A stretch of DNA of 30,184 nt from a virus. Taxonomy: Duplodnaviria; Caudoviricetes. Below are positions 17,254 through 24,545 of this stretch, piece after piece. The stretch lies in IMG/VR virus record IMGVR_UViG_3300037482_000373, positions 1-30,184 of that record. One strand, 5' to 3'. The position numbers were made by a program, and so were the translations under genes. The notes under the pieces were generated by a model. It was not told the origin of the DNA, did not search any database, and worked only from the letters and a program-made list of their open reading frames with translations. Within the stretch, counting starts at the first letter, position 1. Each line of letters starts with the position of its first letter.

Positions 17254-18303
17254 TCACGCGTACCTCGCCTGCAGTTCCTTCAGCGTCAATCGTGTCCCCG
17301 TCATGTCACCTAAGAGTTGCTCCAGCGTCAACTTCTTGGCGCGGAAGAGTTCGGCGCGGCCCTTGCCGAGAGTTTCCTCCTGGTAGGCGGCGCCCTTGCG
17401 CGCGAGGAACTGCTCGAAAGAAACCTTCGCCGGAATCGGCCCGCCCGCAGTCGCACGGCTGCCCTGTGGCGCGCGGTCCGCATAAGCCTTCACCACTGGC
17501 ACCGCGACGCATCTGCACCCCCAATGGATCGCGCCCGGCCCGCCTTCCCAATCGAGCGCGTGCCCGATCGGCTCCGGGGGATCGTCGGTGAGGGTGAAGA
17601 GCTTGTTGTCCCTCGGAGCGCAGACCGGGCAAGTGTGCGTGTCGAGCGTCGCCAACCAACGCAACGACGCGATTGTGTCTGCATTCTTGCGGAAGGTCTC
17701 CAGACGCGATTCGTTCGCCACCGCCTGGATGGAGGTATGGACAAGGCTGCGCGCGTTCGATCTTGCCACGTCCATGATGCCGGGCTTGCCGAGCCTTGGA
17801 GACCCGGCGACTCGTGCAACGATCTGTTCGTTGGTCTCGCTCTGTGCCATGCCCTGCCGCAAGGCGTTGCCGAATTTGAAAGCTGTGTCGCGCGATTGCT
17901 TCGACCACCATTCTGACGACGCTGCCCCGAGCAAGTTGACGTTCCCCGCAATGTGCTTCAGAAACGTTTCGGTGGGCAGCGCCGCTCCGAGCTGCATGAC
18001 GAGGTTCACTGCACGGCGCGAATTGAACGCGGCGCTCTGCGCCGCTCCCGTCAAGGCGGTGTTCATCTCGCCGGAGACTGCGGTGTAATACCGGTCCACA
18101 GTCGCTGTGGCTTGGCGGAGGAGCGCTTGCGTGCGCGCCTTAGAGAAGGCAGTCAGATCGGCTTGCGCGAGTTTGGCGGTCAACTCGGCCTGCAGCCGGG
18201 TGAGCAGCGCCAGCACGCGCGCGCGCACGCCAGCCTCGAAGCGCAGCAGGTCGAGCTGACCTTCGAGGATCGCGTCTACGAGAGAATCGTCAAGGGCGGA
18301 CAT
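17254..18303 (-). CDS. MuF / SPP1 gp7-like minor head protein
   Basis: 349 aa: NARSLVHTSIQAVAN...WLATLDTHTCPVCAPRD...GPGAIHWGCRCVAVP. No C-terminal toxin extension. Confidence 0.9.
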   Translation of the reverse strand: MSALDDSLVDAILEGQLDLLRFEAGVRARVLALLTRLQAELTAKLAQADLTAFSKARTQALLRQATATVDRYYTAVSGEMNTALTGAAQSAAFNSRRAVNLVMQLGAALPTETFLKHIAGNVNLLGAASSEWWSKQSRDTAFKFGNALRQGMAQSETNEQIVARVAGSPRLGKPGIMDVARSNARSLVHTSIQAVANESRLETFRKNADTIASLRWLATLDTHTCPVCAPRDNKLFTLTDDPPEPIGHALDWEGGPGAIHWGCRCVAVPVVKAYADRAPQGSRATAGGPIPAKVSFEQFLARKGAAYQEETLGKGRAELFRAKKLTLEQLLGDMTGTRLTLKELQARYA

Positions 18304-18741
18304 TCAGCGCAGCCTTCCGTCAGAGAACCGTTGTCGCTTCTCATCTTGATAGTACCACGACCCCTTGCTGAGCTTTTGGACTCCAACGATCCTGTGCTTG
18401 CTGACACCACGAGCAAAATGGAATGGCCCACCTTCGCCAACGACCTTTCGAGCGGGCAATCTGAGCTTGAGTATCACGCCCGCGTGGCGCGATCGACTTT
18501 CGAGGCTCACTCTGGCAGCAAACGTCTTCGCCCAGTCCTTTCTCGACGACATGTACGTGGCGAACCTCGGGCTGCCCGCATATGCCTCATCAGCGTATCG
18601 GTTTCCAGCTCGGAAGGGACGAAAGCCTTGCGCGAGAATCTTCCGGGCTTTCCCGGCGGAAGTGCCGTGATACATCGTCACCATAAACTTGCGCCGTCTC
18701 ACCTCCAGCGCTGCTGCTCGGGCTGCGTCGGACCAAGCCAT
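18304..18741 (-). CDS. MAWSDAAR-leader protein with ADP-ribosyltransferase-like cargo
   Basis: Leader followed by MYHGTS...ILAQGF...TYMSSRKDWAKTFA...GVILKLRLP, the H-Y-type ART fold pattern. TGATG overlap upstream and abuts the MuF ATG. Confidence 0.75.
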   Translation of the reverse strand: MAWSDAARAAALEVRRRKFMVTMYHGTSAGKARKILAQGFRPFRAGNRYADEAYAGSPRFATYMSSRKDWAKTFAARVSLESRSRHAGVILKLRLPARKVVGEGGPFHFARGVSKHRIVGVQKLSKGSWYYQDEKRQRFSDGRLR

Positions 18742-19265
18742 CACCGACCCCTGCGTCGAGAGTTGTACTTGGCAATAGTCACCAACGAAGCCGGTCCTCT
18801 GCGCAGCTCACCTCCGGCAAAATACGAGATTTGCACAGGGACGCTCTTCTTGCCGGCAGCGGCGTAGGCGCGCACGCGATGGTTGCCCTCGTTGATGAAA
18901 GCCTGCCCTCGGTAGTTCACGTTGATGAAGGGCTTGTAGACGCGGCCCTTGAATTTTATTGCGCCTCTCTTGCGAATCACCTCGGCCATCGACGCGACCT
19001 TGGCGTCGCCGGGGTGGATTTTCAAGTGCTCCCCCATGATGCCGGGGAGCCGAGTCAGCAACTTGGCAGGCAATCGAGTTTCAACCGTTGCAGTCGTCGC
19101 GCCTGCAACCAACCCCAGCCCGCGACCTTGCGCTGCTCTAAATTGACGCGCGGCGCGCCACATCTGCCCACGGAGCCAGCTGCCTCCTGGATTGTCTTGC
19201 TTGAACGTTTTGTTGCGCCTACGAACTTCCAGCGCAGCGGCGCGAGCGGCATCAGACCAGGCCAT
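18741..19265 (-). CDS. MAWSDAAR-leader protein with ParB/Srx-like cargo
   Basis: Leader followed by ...PFINVNYRGQAFINEGNHRVRAYAAAGKKSVPVQI (GxHR motif). TGATG overlaps at both ends. Confidence 0.78.
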   Translation of the reverse strand: MAWSDAARAAALEVRRRNKTFKQDNPGGSWLRGQMWRAARQFRAAQGRGLGLVAGATTATVETRLPAKLLTRLPGIMGEHLKIHPGDAKVASMAEVIRKRGAIKFKGRVYKPFINVNYRGQAFINEGNHRVRAYAAAGKKSVPVQISYFAGGELRRGPASLVTIAKYNSRRRGR

Positions 19266-19495
19266 CAGCGATGCCCCTTCATATTCGCGATGCCGAGAGT
19301 GTAGAGCTTCGCGCGATCGTAGAGCCAGTTCGCTTCCTCGCGCGTCATGCGGGAGGAGCGCACGAACAAGTTGCCCTCAGAATCCTCGCCGACGATTGCC
19401 ACACACTTCAGATCGGCGGACTGCAACGCCGACTTCAGCGCCTGCTCAACGGTGAAGGTCACTGTGGCGGGGAGGGAGCGGACGTTGTCGTTCAT
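19265..19495 (-). CDS. Hypothetical protein
   Basis: 76 aa from ATG 19495 (alternative start GTG 19507). Its stop overlaps the next ATG. Confidence 0.65.
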   Translation of the reverse strand: MNDNVRSLPATVTFTVEQALKSALQSADLKCVAIVGEDSEGNLFVRSSRMTREEANWLYDRAKLYTLGIANMKGHR

Positions 19496-19596
19496 CAAAT
19501 CCCCCACGCCTTACGGTAAGCGGCGAGCTTCGCGCACAAGCTCAGCGGTTACATTCTTCTCGCCACCGCCCGAAAACAACACGAATGGTTTATCGC

Positions 19597-21099
19597 TCAC
19601 AGCGCTACCTCCGAGCGGTCAACCGCCGCGCCGCCCGGCAGGCTCATGGTGCCTTGCAGTGCGGCGGCTTGATCCGCGAGCTGCTGTTGACGATCGGCAA
19701 CGCGCGCCTGCTCCTCTTCCAGCGTTGTTTCACGTGCGATGATTTCGCCTTGCTGCAAGTTCTCGAACAAGGTCTGATCGGAGATCGCACCTTGCTGCCA
19801 GGCACCAATCAGCGCTGACAGCTCGGCAGGGGCCATTCTCGCAGGGTAAAAGTCGCGGTTCAGCTCGTACTTCACCTCACCGGACTCCAACCCAGCAAAA
19901 TCCGCGAACCAGCGCAGCGCCTGCGTCAGTCCGAGCGAGATCGCCTGCGCCGCCGAGGAGAGCATTGACTCCTCACCCTTGCGGTGAATGGAGGCGGTGT
20001 CCGCCGCTTCCACCGCCTTGCGCTGCGGCTCCAGCATGCGCGCCCCGAGGATCGCCATCTGCTGCTCCTCGCGCTCCAGTTTGCGTTCGATTGCCGCGAT
20101 GCCAGCACCGCTGAACTCAATGAAATCGGCGGTGGCTTCCGAATTTGACGTGACAATTGCAGCTTCGGAACCGATGTAGACTTTGTCGGTTGGGTTTTCG
20201 GTCTTGAATCCGGCGAGGAACAGTGTGGGGAGCGCTGTGAAGTGACAGCCGTGCGCGTGGTCGGCGGTGGTGCGGTAATGCGAGAGGTTCAGGTCAACGA
20301 GATCGATCAGCGGCGGTTCATCCACGTCGGGAGCGATGTTGTCCGTGCCAAGGAATACGAACGGAATGAAATCCATAGATTTCCCGCGCATCATCGGGAA
20401 CAGATCATCACCCACCTGCTCGAAATCAGTCTGCGAAGCCGCTTGGCCCGACTGGGTAGTGGTCTTGCGTTTAAAGACTTGCTGACGATAAGCTCCGCCA
20501 ACAAGTTCTAGAACGCGCCAACGGTCCTCGTCCTTGCTCGCGTAATCGTCCACCTTGATCGATTCAACCTCCTTGAGCACCAACATCGCGAGCGCCGTGC
20601 GGTTGGCGACGCGAGCGGTCTTCCAGTTGATGATAGCTTCGGCGGTGTAAAGCTGCAGCGTCGGGCGAATGCCCTGCGCCTGCGCGTCGGCGAGCGTCGG
20701 CGCGGCGCCTGCAACGGTCGCCACAGTCGGCACGTCCACGAGAATGCCGATGCGCCCGACTTCCAGAGCGTCCTCGGAAACCGCCTGCGCGAAAAGCTGC
20801 ATCGGAGTGCCGGCAGCGTCCACGTCCTCCAGCAGTGCCTTCAGCACTTCGGGCACCTCAACCGCCGGAGGCTGTCTGAAGAGCATACCAACCAGCCCTG
20901 CAATAGTGCGCCACGTGGCGTTGTAAAACGAAGCGCGCATGACGTAGGCCTTGTAATCCGCGTCCTGCTGATCCTTGAGCTTGGGCAAATAGGCCTCGCC
21001 ACCGGCGTGCACCGCGTCCTGCCCGGCGGAGACGTCGCGGCAGCGTTTCCACTTGCCGGAGAACTTGTCGTAATCAGCGTGCGTCGAGTTGACTGGCAT
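19597..21099 (-). CDS. Portal protein (DUF4055-type)
   Basis: 500 aa: YLPKL...YKAYVMRASFYNATWRTI.GLVGMLF...GRIGILVD...IINW...FIPFVF...PPLIDLVDLNLSHYRTTAD. Between terL and MuF. Confidence 0.92.
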   Translation of the reverse strand: MPVNSTHADYDKFSGKWKRCRDVSAGQDAVHAGGEAYLPKLKDQQDADYKAYVMRASFYNATWRTIAGLVGMLFRQPPAVEVPEVLKALLEDVDAAGTPMQLFAQAVSEDALEVGRIGILVDVPTVATVAGAAPTLADAQAQGIRPTLQLYTAEAIINWKTARVANRTALAMLVLKEVESIKVDDYASKDEDRWRVLELVGGAYRQQVFKRKTTTQSGQAASQTDFEQVGDDLFPMMRGKSMDFIPFVFLGTDNIAPDVDEPPLIDLVDLNLSHYRTTADHAHGCHFTALPTLFLAGFKTENPTDKVYIGSEAAIVTSNSEATADFIEFSGAGIAAIERKLEREEQQMAILGARMLEPQRKAVEAADTASIHRKGEESMLSSAAQAISLGLTQALRWFADFAGLESGEVKYELNRDFYPARMAPAELSALIGAWQQGAISDQTLFENLQQGEIIARETTLEEEQARVADRQQQLADQAAALQGTMSLPGGAAVDRSEVAL

Positions 21100-21100
21100 T

Positions 21101-21311
21101 TTATTTCCTTGGATTGATGCGCATGATCACTTGCTTCGGCTTGTATTCCTTGCTGCTGGCCATTGCAAAAGTCGGAATGCCCTCTTGTTTTCGGTACACG
21201 ACATAAGGCTTGCCTTTTTCATTCGCAAACCGCATGGCATGTCCAATTGTGGAAAGAGGAGACAGTCCGCGTCGTTCGCGCAGCCGCCCTCGCCGCATCA
21301 CTCCATGCCAT
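21101..21311 (-). pseudogene. Frameshifted seventh MAWSDAAR-leader gene
   Basis: RBS AAGGAG and ATG 21311 read MAWSDAARAAAR and stop at 21219. The +1 frame continues ERRGLSPLST...IMRINPRK to TAA at 21101, 1 nt before the portal ATG. Confidence 0.7.
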
Positions 21312-21455
21312 GGACCGACTCCTTCTTCTGATCCCTGCTCTGCGCGCAACGCGAGCGATTCAGCCGCACGTGGATACGCCGCCCAATGACGAGCGGCATG
21401 CGCACTCGACAGCTCACCGAGCGGCATCGAGGCGCGCGCGCTGTGCGCCGAACGT

Positions 21456-21826
21456 TCACTGCAAGATGCCAGCGGTGCGGAGCTTTGCCAAAGCCGCGTT
21501 CAACTGAGCGCGCATATCAAGCACGAGCGCGCGTAGCGCGTTGAAGCGTGTGATGGCGAGGTTGCGGTTGGAGGCTGTGTCCCACCCGCCTGCCGCCGCG
21601 CCAGTGCCACCAGCCGGAAAATCTGCCGAGGTATCCGCAATGGCGTCCGCCACCGCCGCGACCGACTGAACGGCCCGATGAGCAACGAGGAAGAGGCTGC
21701 GATCGGTGTCGTCGCGAGCGGCTCGCCGCCCGCCGCATCCGAAAGCCGCACAAGGTTGCCGGAGGCGAATTCGTCCGCGACAATCGAAAGAACTTCGCCA
21801 GGGTTTACCAGATGGGTGATGTTCAT
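21456..21826 (-). pseudogene. Head-fibre/decoration-like gene split across two frames
   Basis: RBS AAGGAG and ATG 21826 (MNITHLVNPGEVL...IGPF). A second frame carries AGGTGAAAGGWDTASNR...LNAALAKLRTAGILQ, a head-fibre-like C-terminus. The switch is near 21640-21670. Confidence 0.55.
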
Positions 21827-21850
21827 GATGCGACACTCCTTGTTGGTGGA

Positions 21851-22213
21851 TCAATGAGGCTTGGAAACTTCCGCCAATACTCCGGCGCTCTCGGAGTGCG
21901 GATCATTCTTCTCCAACCCGCCCTTACCGTCCGCGCGCCGCGCTACATCGTTGGCGGCGCCCGGGACGGCGACCTTGCCCGAGAAAATCTTCCTCCACCA
22001 AGGCGCTGAGCCTTTCACGGCTTCCGCCGCCTGACGCTCTTGCACCTTGCGCCCAGCCTGCATTAAGACCGAATCGCGCGCCATCTCCAGTAGCCCGTAA
22101 AACAGAATGCGATCATGCAGCGGCCCGTTCACCTGGAAGTTCCCGTCCTCGTAGAGCGTGATGACGATCTGCGCGCGGACTTGCGGTTGTTTCGGCTTTC
22201 CATTCTTGCTCAT
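21851..22213 (-). CDS. Hypothetical protein
   Basis: 120 aa, RBS AAGGAG, ATGA overlap. IVITLYEDGNFQVNGPLHDRILFYGLLEMARD. Confidence 0.75.
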   Translation of the reverse strand: MSKNGKPKQPQVRAQIVITLYEDGNFQVNGPLHDRILFYGLLEMARDSVLMQAGRKVQERQAAEAVKGSAPWWRKIFSGKVAVPGAANDVARRADGKGGLEKNDPHSESAGVLAEVSKPH

Positions 22214-22530
22214 AGCTTTCTCCTTGTTGAACGAAACGCGACAGGCAAACGACTCGGTGCACCAGGCCCATAGCGCCGCGCGATCTCATCGCGCAGTTCG
22301 CTTTGGCGTTTGGTCAAAAAGCGAATGTGCAACGCGAGCGGGTCTTTGGCGCGCAGCACATCGTGATATTTCTCGTAACCTCGACCCGCCTTAAGCATCG
22401 CGTCGTTGGCGCGGCTGGAGCGCTTGTCGAGGTAGTCCAGCCGCTTGTTGATCTGGGAAGGGCGCATGGCTTGCATCTTACGCCTCCGAGCTTCCAGTGC
22501 AGCTCGCCGCGCCGCATCGCTCCACGCCAT
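22210..22530 (-). CDS. MAWSDAAR-leader protein, basic helical cargo
   Basis: ATG 22530 overlaps the terL stop (TGATG), RBS GGAGGT. 106 aa, starts MAWSDAARRAALEARRRK. Confidence 0.85.
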   Translation of the reverse strand: MAWSDAARRAALEARRRKMQAMRPSQINKRLDYLDKRSSRANDAMLKAGRGYEKYHDVLRAKDPLALHIRFLTKRQSELRDEIARRYGPGAPSRLPVAFRSTRRKL

Positions 22531-23930
22531 CACACACCTCCGATTTGAACGCGCCGCGCCCGATCGTCAGCGACAGGGTATTCATAATCCAAGTAGTACC
22601 CAATGGCGTCGCTCACATGGCTGAGCAACGGAGCATGTTTTTTATCGATCTCGCCCGACCCACCCTTGAGCAATGGCACGCCCTCGAAGTCCTTCACCAC
22701 GTTCGGCGCCTTGACCCCATCCACCATGAGGCGAATGTTGCCGGAAGAGGATTTGATCCGTGAGTTCACCGCGTTAATACGCGAACGCTCGCGCGGGTTG
22801 GCGGTCTTAACGCGGAAATCGAGTCGTTCCGCGAACACAGGTTTCAGCTCCGTGCGGATCAAATCCCAGTCACTCCCCTGAGTCTGCGCGGTGCCACGCG
22901 CGCCGCCAGTCGCGTCCCCATAACAGCGCACAGGCCCGACGTGCTTGCCCCAGTCCTTCACAATGCGGCGGCAAACCGCCGGAGTGTTCGAGTTGCGCGG
23001 AATATGAACTTCGCCAATCACTCCGGTACCGACGATCGGCTTATCGAGCCGCGCCGCAGAAAGCAGGGTGCCGTCCTCCTTTTTTACCGTAGCATGCTCA
23101 TATTGTTTCGGCAGCAGTTGCTCCTGGACAATCGCACAGACGCCCGGCTCAACGTTGAAGTCAAAGCAAAGCGCGAGCACCTGCTTCGGATCGTATTTCA
23201 GCGGAGCACAGTGCTCCGCTTCTGTGAAAGAATAATAAGCGCGCCCTTCGAAGCTAATGAACGAAGCGTTGGCCTCTTGCTCGAAAGTCAACTCGTCCAT
23301 GTCCGCGCGCATAGCGTCGATCTCAGAGGCGGGAAGCACCTCTTTGCTCGGCCACCCGAACGCGCCCCATTCGCTCGCCGCGCCAAACTCCTTCATCATC
23401 GCGCGAGCGCGCAAATCAACCAAGTAATAGTGATTGCGCCCCTCGGGCACGCCTTCAAGATCGCACCAACCGTTCCGGTCCGAGAGCGCAGGCCGAATGT
23501 TCATCGGCCAAGCTTGTGGGTGCACATTGCCGAATTCCGTGATGCCGCCTCCGTCCCAGGGCGAGCCCTCGATGCGCTCGGGCTTGTCGAGACCAACCAC
23601 CCAGACCTCCGCCCCATTGATGAGACGGATCTTCAGTTCAGATTCTGAAGGCCGCTCCGCGAGCAACCACCTCGGCGTCAACGCCTTAAGGTCGTCCCAG
23701 AAGATTCGCTTCGCCTGATCACGGGTAGGCGCCCCAGCGAAGAACCTCGGCTCCCAAGTGGTGCTCGCTCCCATCGCGCGAAGGATCAGCTTGCGCTTGA
23801 AGCGCTCGGTCTTCCCGGAGCGCCGTCCGGCGGCAACGGTGTTGAAGCGATGCGGCGAGTTGGAATATGCTTCACCTGCAAGGTGTGGCCGGAGCTGCGT
23901 CCATCTCGTCGGCAGCACTGTGGCGTTCAC
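22530..23930 (-). CDS. terL: Terminase large subunit
   Basis: GTG 23930 overlaps the terS stop. Walker A AGRRSGKT, motif III-like GVPEG, nuclease FDFNV...YGDATG...HVSDAIGY. Confidence 0.93.
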   Translation of the reverse strand: MNATVLPTRWTQLRPHLAGEAYSNSPHRFNTVAAGRRSGKTERFKRKLILRAMGASTTWEPRFFAGAPTRDQAKRIFWDDLKALTPRWLLAERPSESELKIRLINGAEVWVVGLDKPERIEGSPWDGGGITEFGNVHPQAWPMNIRPALSDRNGWCDLEGVPEGRNHYYLVDLRARAMMKEFGAASEWGAFGWPSKEVLPASEIDAMRADMDELTFEQEANASFISFEGRAYYSFTEAEHCAPLKYDPKQVLALCFDFNVEPGVCAIVQEQLLPKQYEHATVKKEDGTLLSAARLDKPIVGTGVIGEVHIPRNSNTPAVCRRIVKDWGKHVGPVRCYGDATGGARGTAQTQGSDWDLIRTELKPVFAERLDFRVKTANPRERSRINAVNSRIKSSSGNIRLMVDGVKAPNVVKDFEGVPLLKGGSGEIDKKHAPLLSHVSDAIGYYLDYEYPVADDRARRVQIGGV

Positions 23931-24403
23931 TTCTTCACGCTCTCCGGCGTTGTTGCTGCGTTCATCGAGCCCATCTGCGCACGGATCTTGTCTGCCACGT
24001 CGTCCGGAGTGTCGCTCCCAGTTTGCAGCGGAAGCATCTTGCCGAGGAGCTGAGCGAAGGATTTCTTTTGCCCTCGGCCGAGGCGCACCAGCCACTGCTG
24101 TCCGCCGAGCGCTTCGAACGCTTGGAGCATGGCCTCTTTGATGTCGCGGGTGATCGCATTCTTGCTGCCTTTCTTGCGACCAGAGTTCGGCGGGCGCGGA
24201 TCACCTTTTTTGAACAAGTGACCGCGATTGACGACGGGCTTGCGATGCTTAGGGTAGTTTCTCTTCTTCGCCAGAAAGACTCCGATGGTGGCTGCAAGTT
24301 TAGCGTCAAAAATCAAAACGCAATCGCACGGAGGTGAGTATGCCCGGTTTCGAGAGAAGGCGGGCGACGACCCGATTGCACGCCTGCTGGGGTTTAAAAT
24401 CAA
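23927..24403 (-). CDS. terS: Terminase small subunit (true start probably further downstream, near 24274)
   Basis: FKKGDPRPPNSGRKKGSKNAITRDIKEAMLQAFEALGGQQWL...FAQLLGKMLP. Directly upstream of terL. Confidence 0.75.
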   Translation of the reverse strand: MILNPSRRAIGSSPAFSRNRAYSPPCDCVLIFDAKLAATIGVFLAKKRNYPKHRKPVVNRGHLFKKGDPRPPNSGRKKGSKNAITRDIKEAMLQAFEALGGQQWLVRLGRGQKKSFAQLLGKMLPLQTGSDTPDDVADKIRAQMGSMNAATTPESVKK

Positions 24404-24543
24404 TTGGCGGGGTATCGAGGTATAGCGGGGTATTTCTACTCCGTGTTATAGCTATCTTTTTATATGTCTTTTAGGGGAATATAAAATTACACTAAGCGCG
24501 CGGTACAGAACACCCCGCCTGCCCCCGGTGACCCCGCCAATTG
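24401..24543. repeat. Inverted repeats around an AT-rich core (candidate replication origin)
   Basis: CAATTGGCGGGGT (24401-24413) and ACCCCGCCAATTG (24531-24543). Inner copies GCGGGGT (24425-24431) and ACCCCGC (24512-24518). Confidence 0.65.
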
Positions 24544-24545
24544 CT

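Noticed and set aside
17162-19600. Tiny GTG-start ORFs at 17162..17257 (31 aa, hydrophobic) and 19511..19600 (29 aa)
   Set aside because: Both overlap upstream stops and may be real, but they are too short to support without homologues.
21312-21459. Listed ORF start at 21427, a 53-aa GTG ORF (21298..21459) and a 10-bp direct repeat CGAGCGGCAT (21390, 21418)
   Set aside because: There is no convincing RBS or motif, and the repeat is short and GC-rich. The downstream part is better explained as the frameshifted leader gene.
7286-22530. MAWSDAAR copies as a DNA repeat, CRISPR-like array or mobile element end
   Set aside because: The copies are dispersed and differ heavily at synonymous positions. 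There are no terminal repeats, target duplications, transposase or cas genes. Conservation is at the peptide level.
23931-24095. N-terminal 55 aa of the listed terL ORF
   Set aside because: It lies inside terS in another frame. GTG 23930 gives the usual GTGA coupling.
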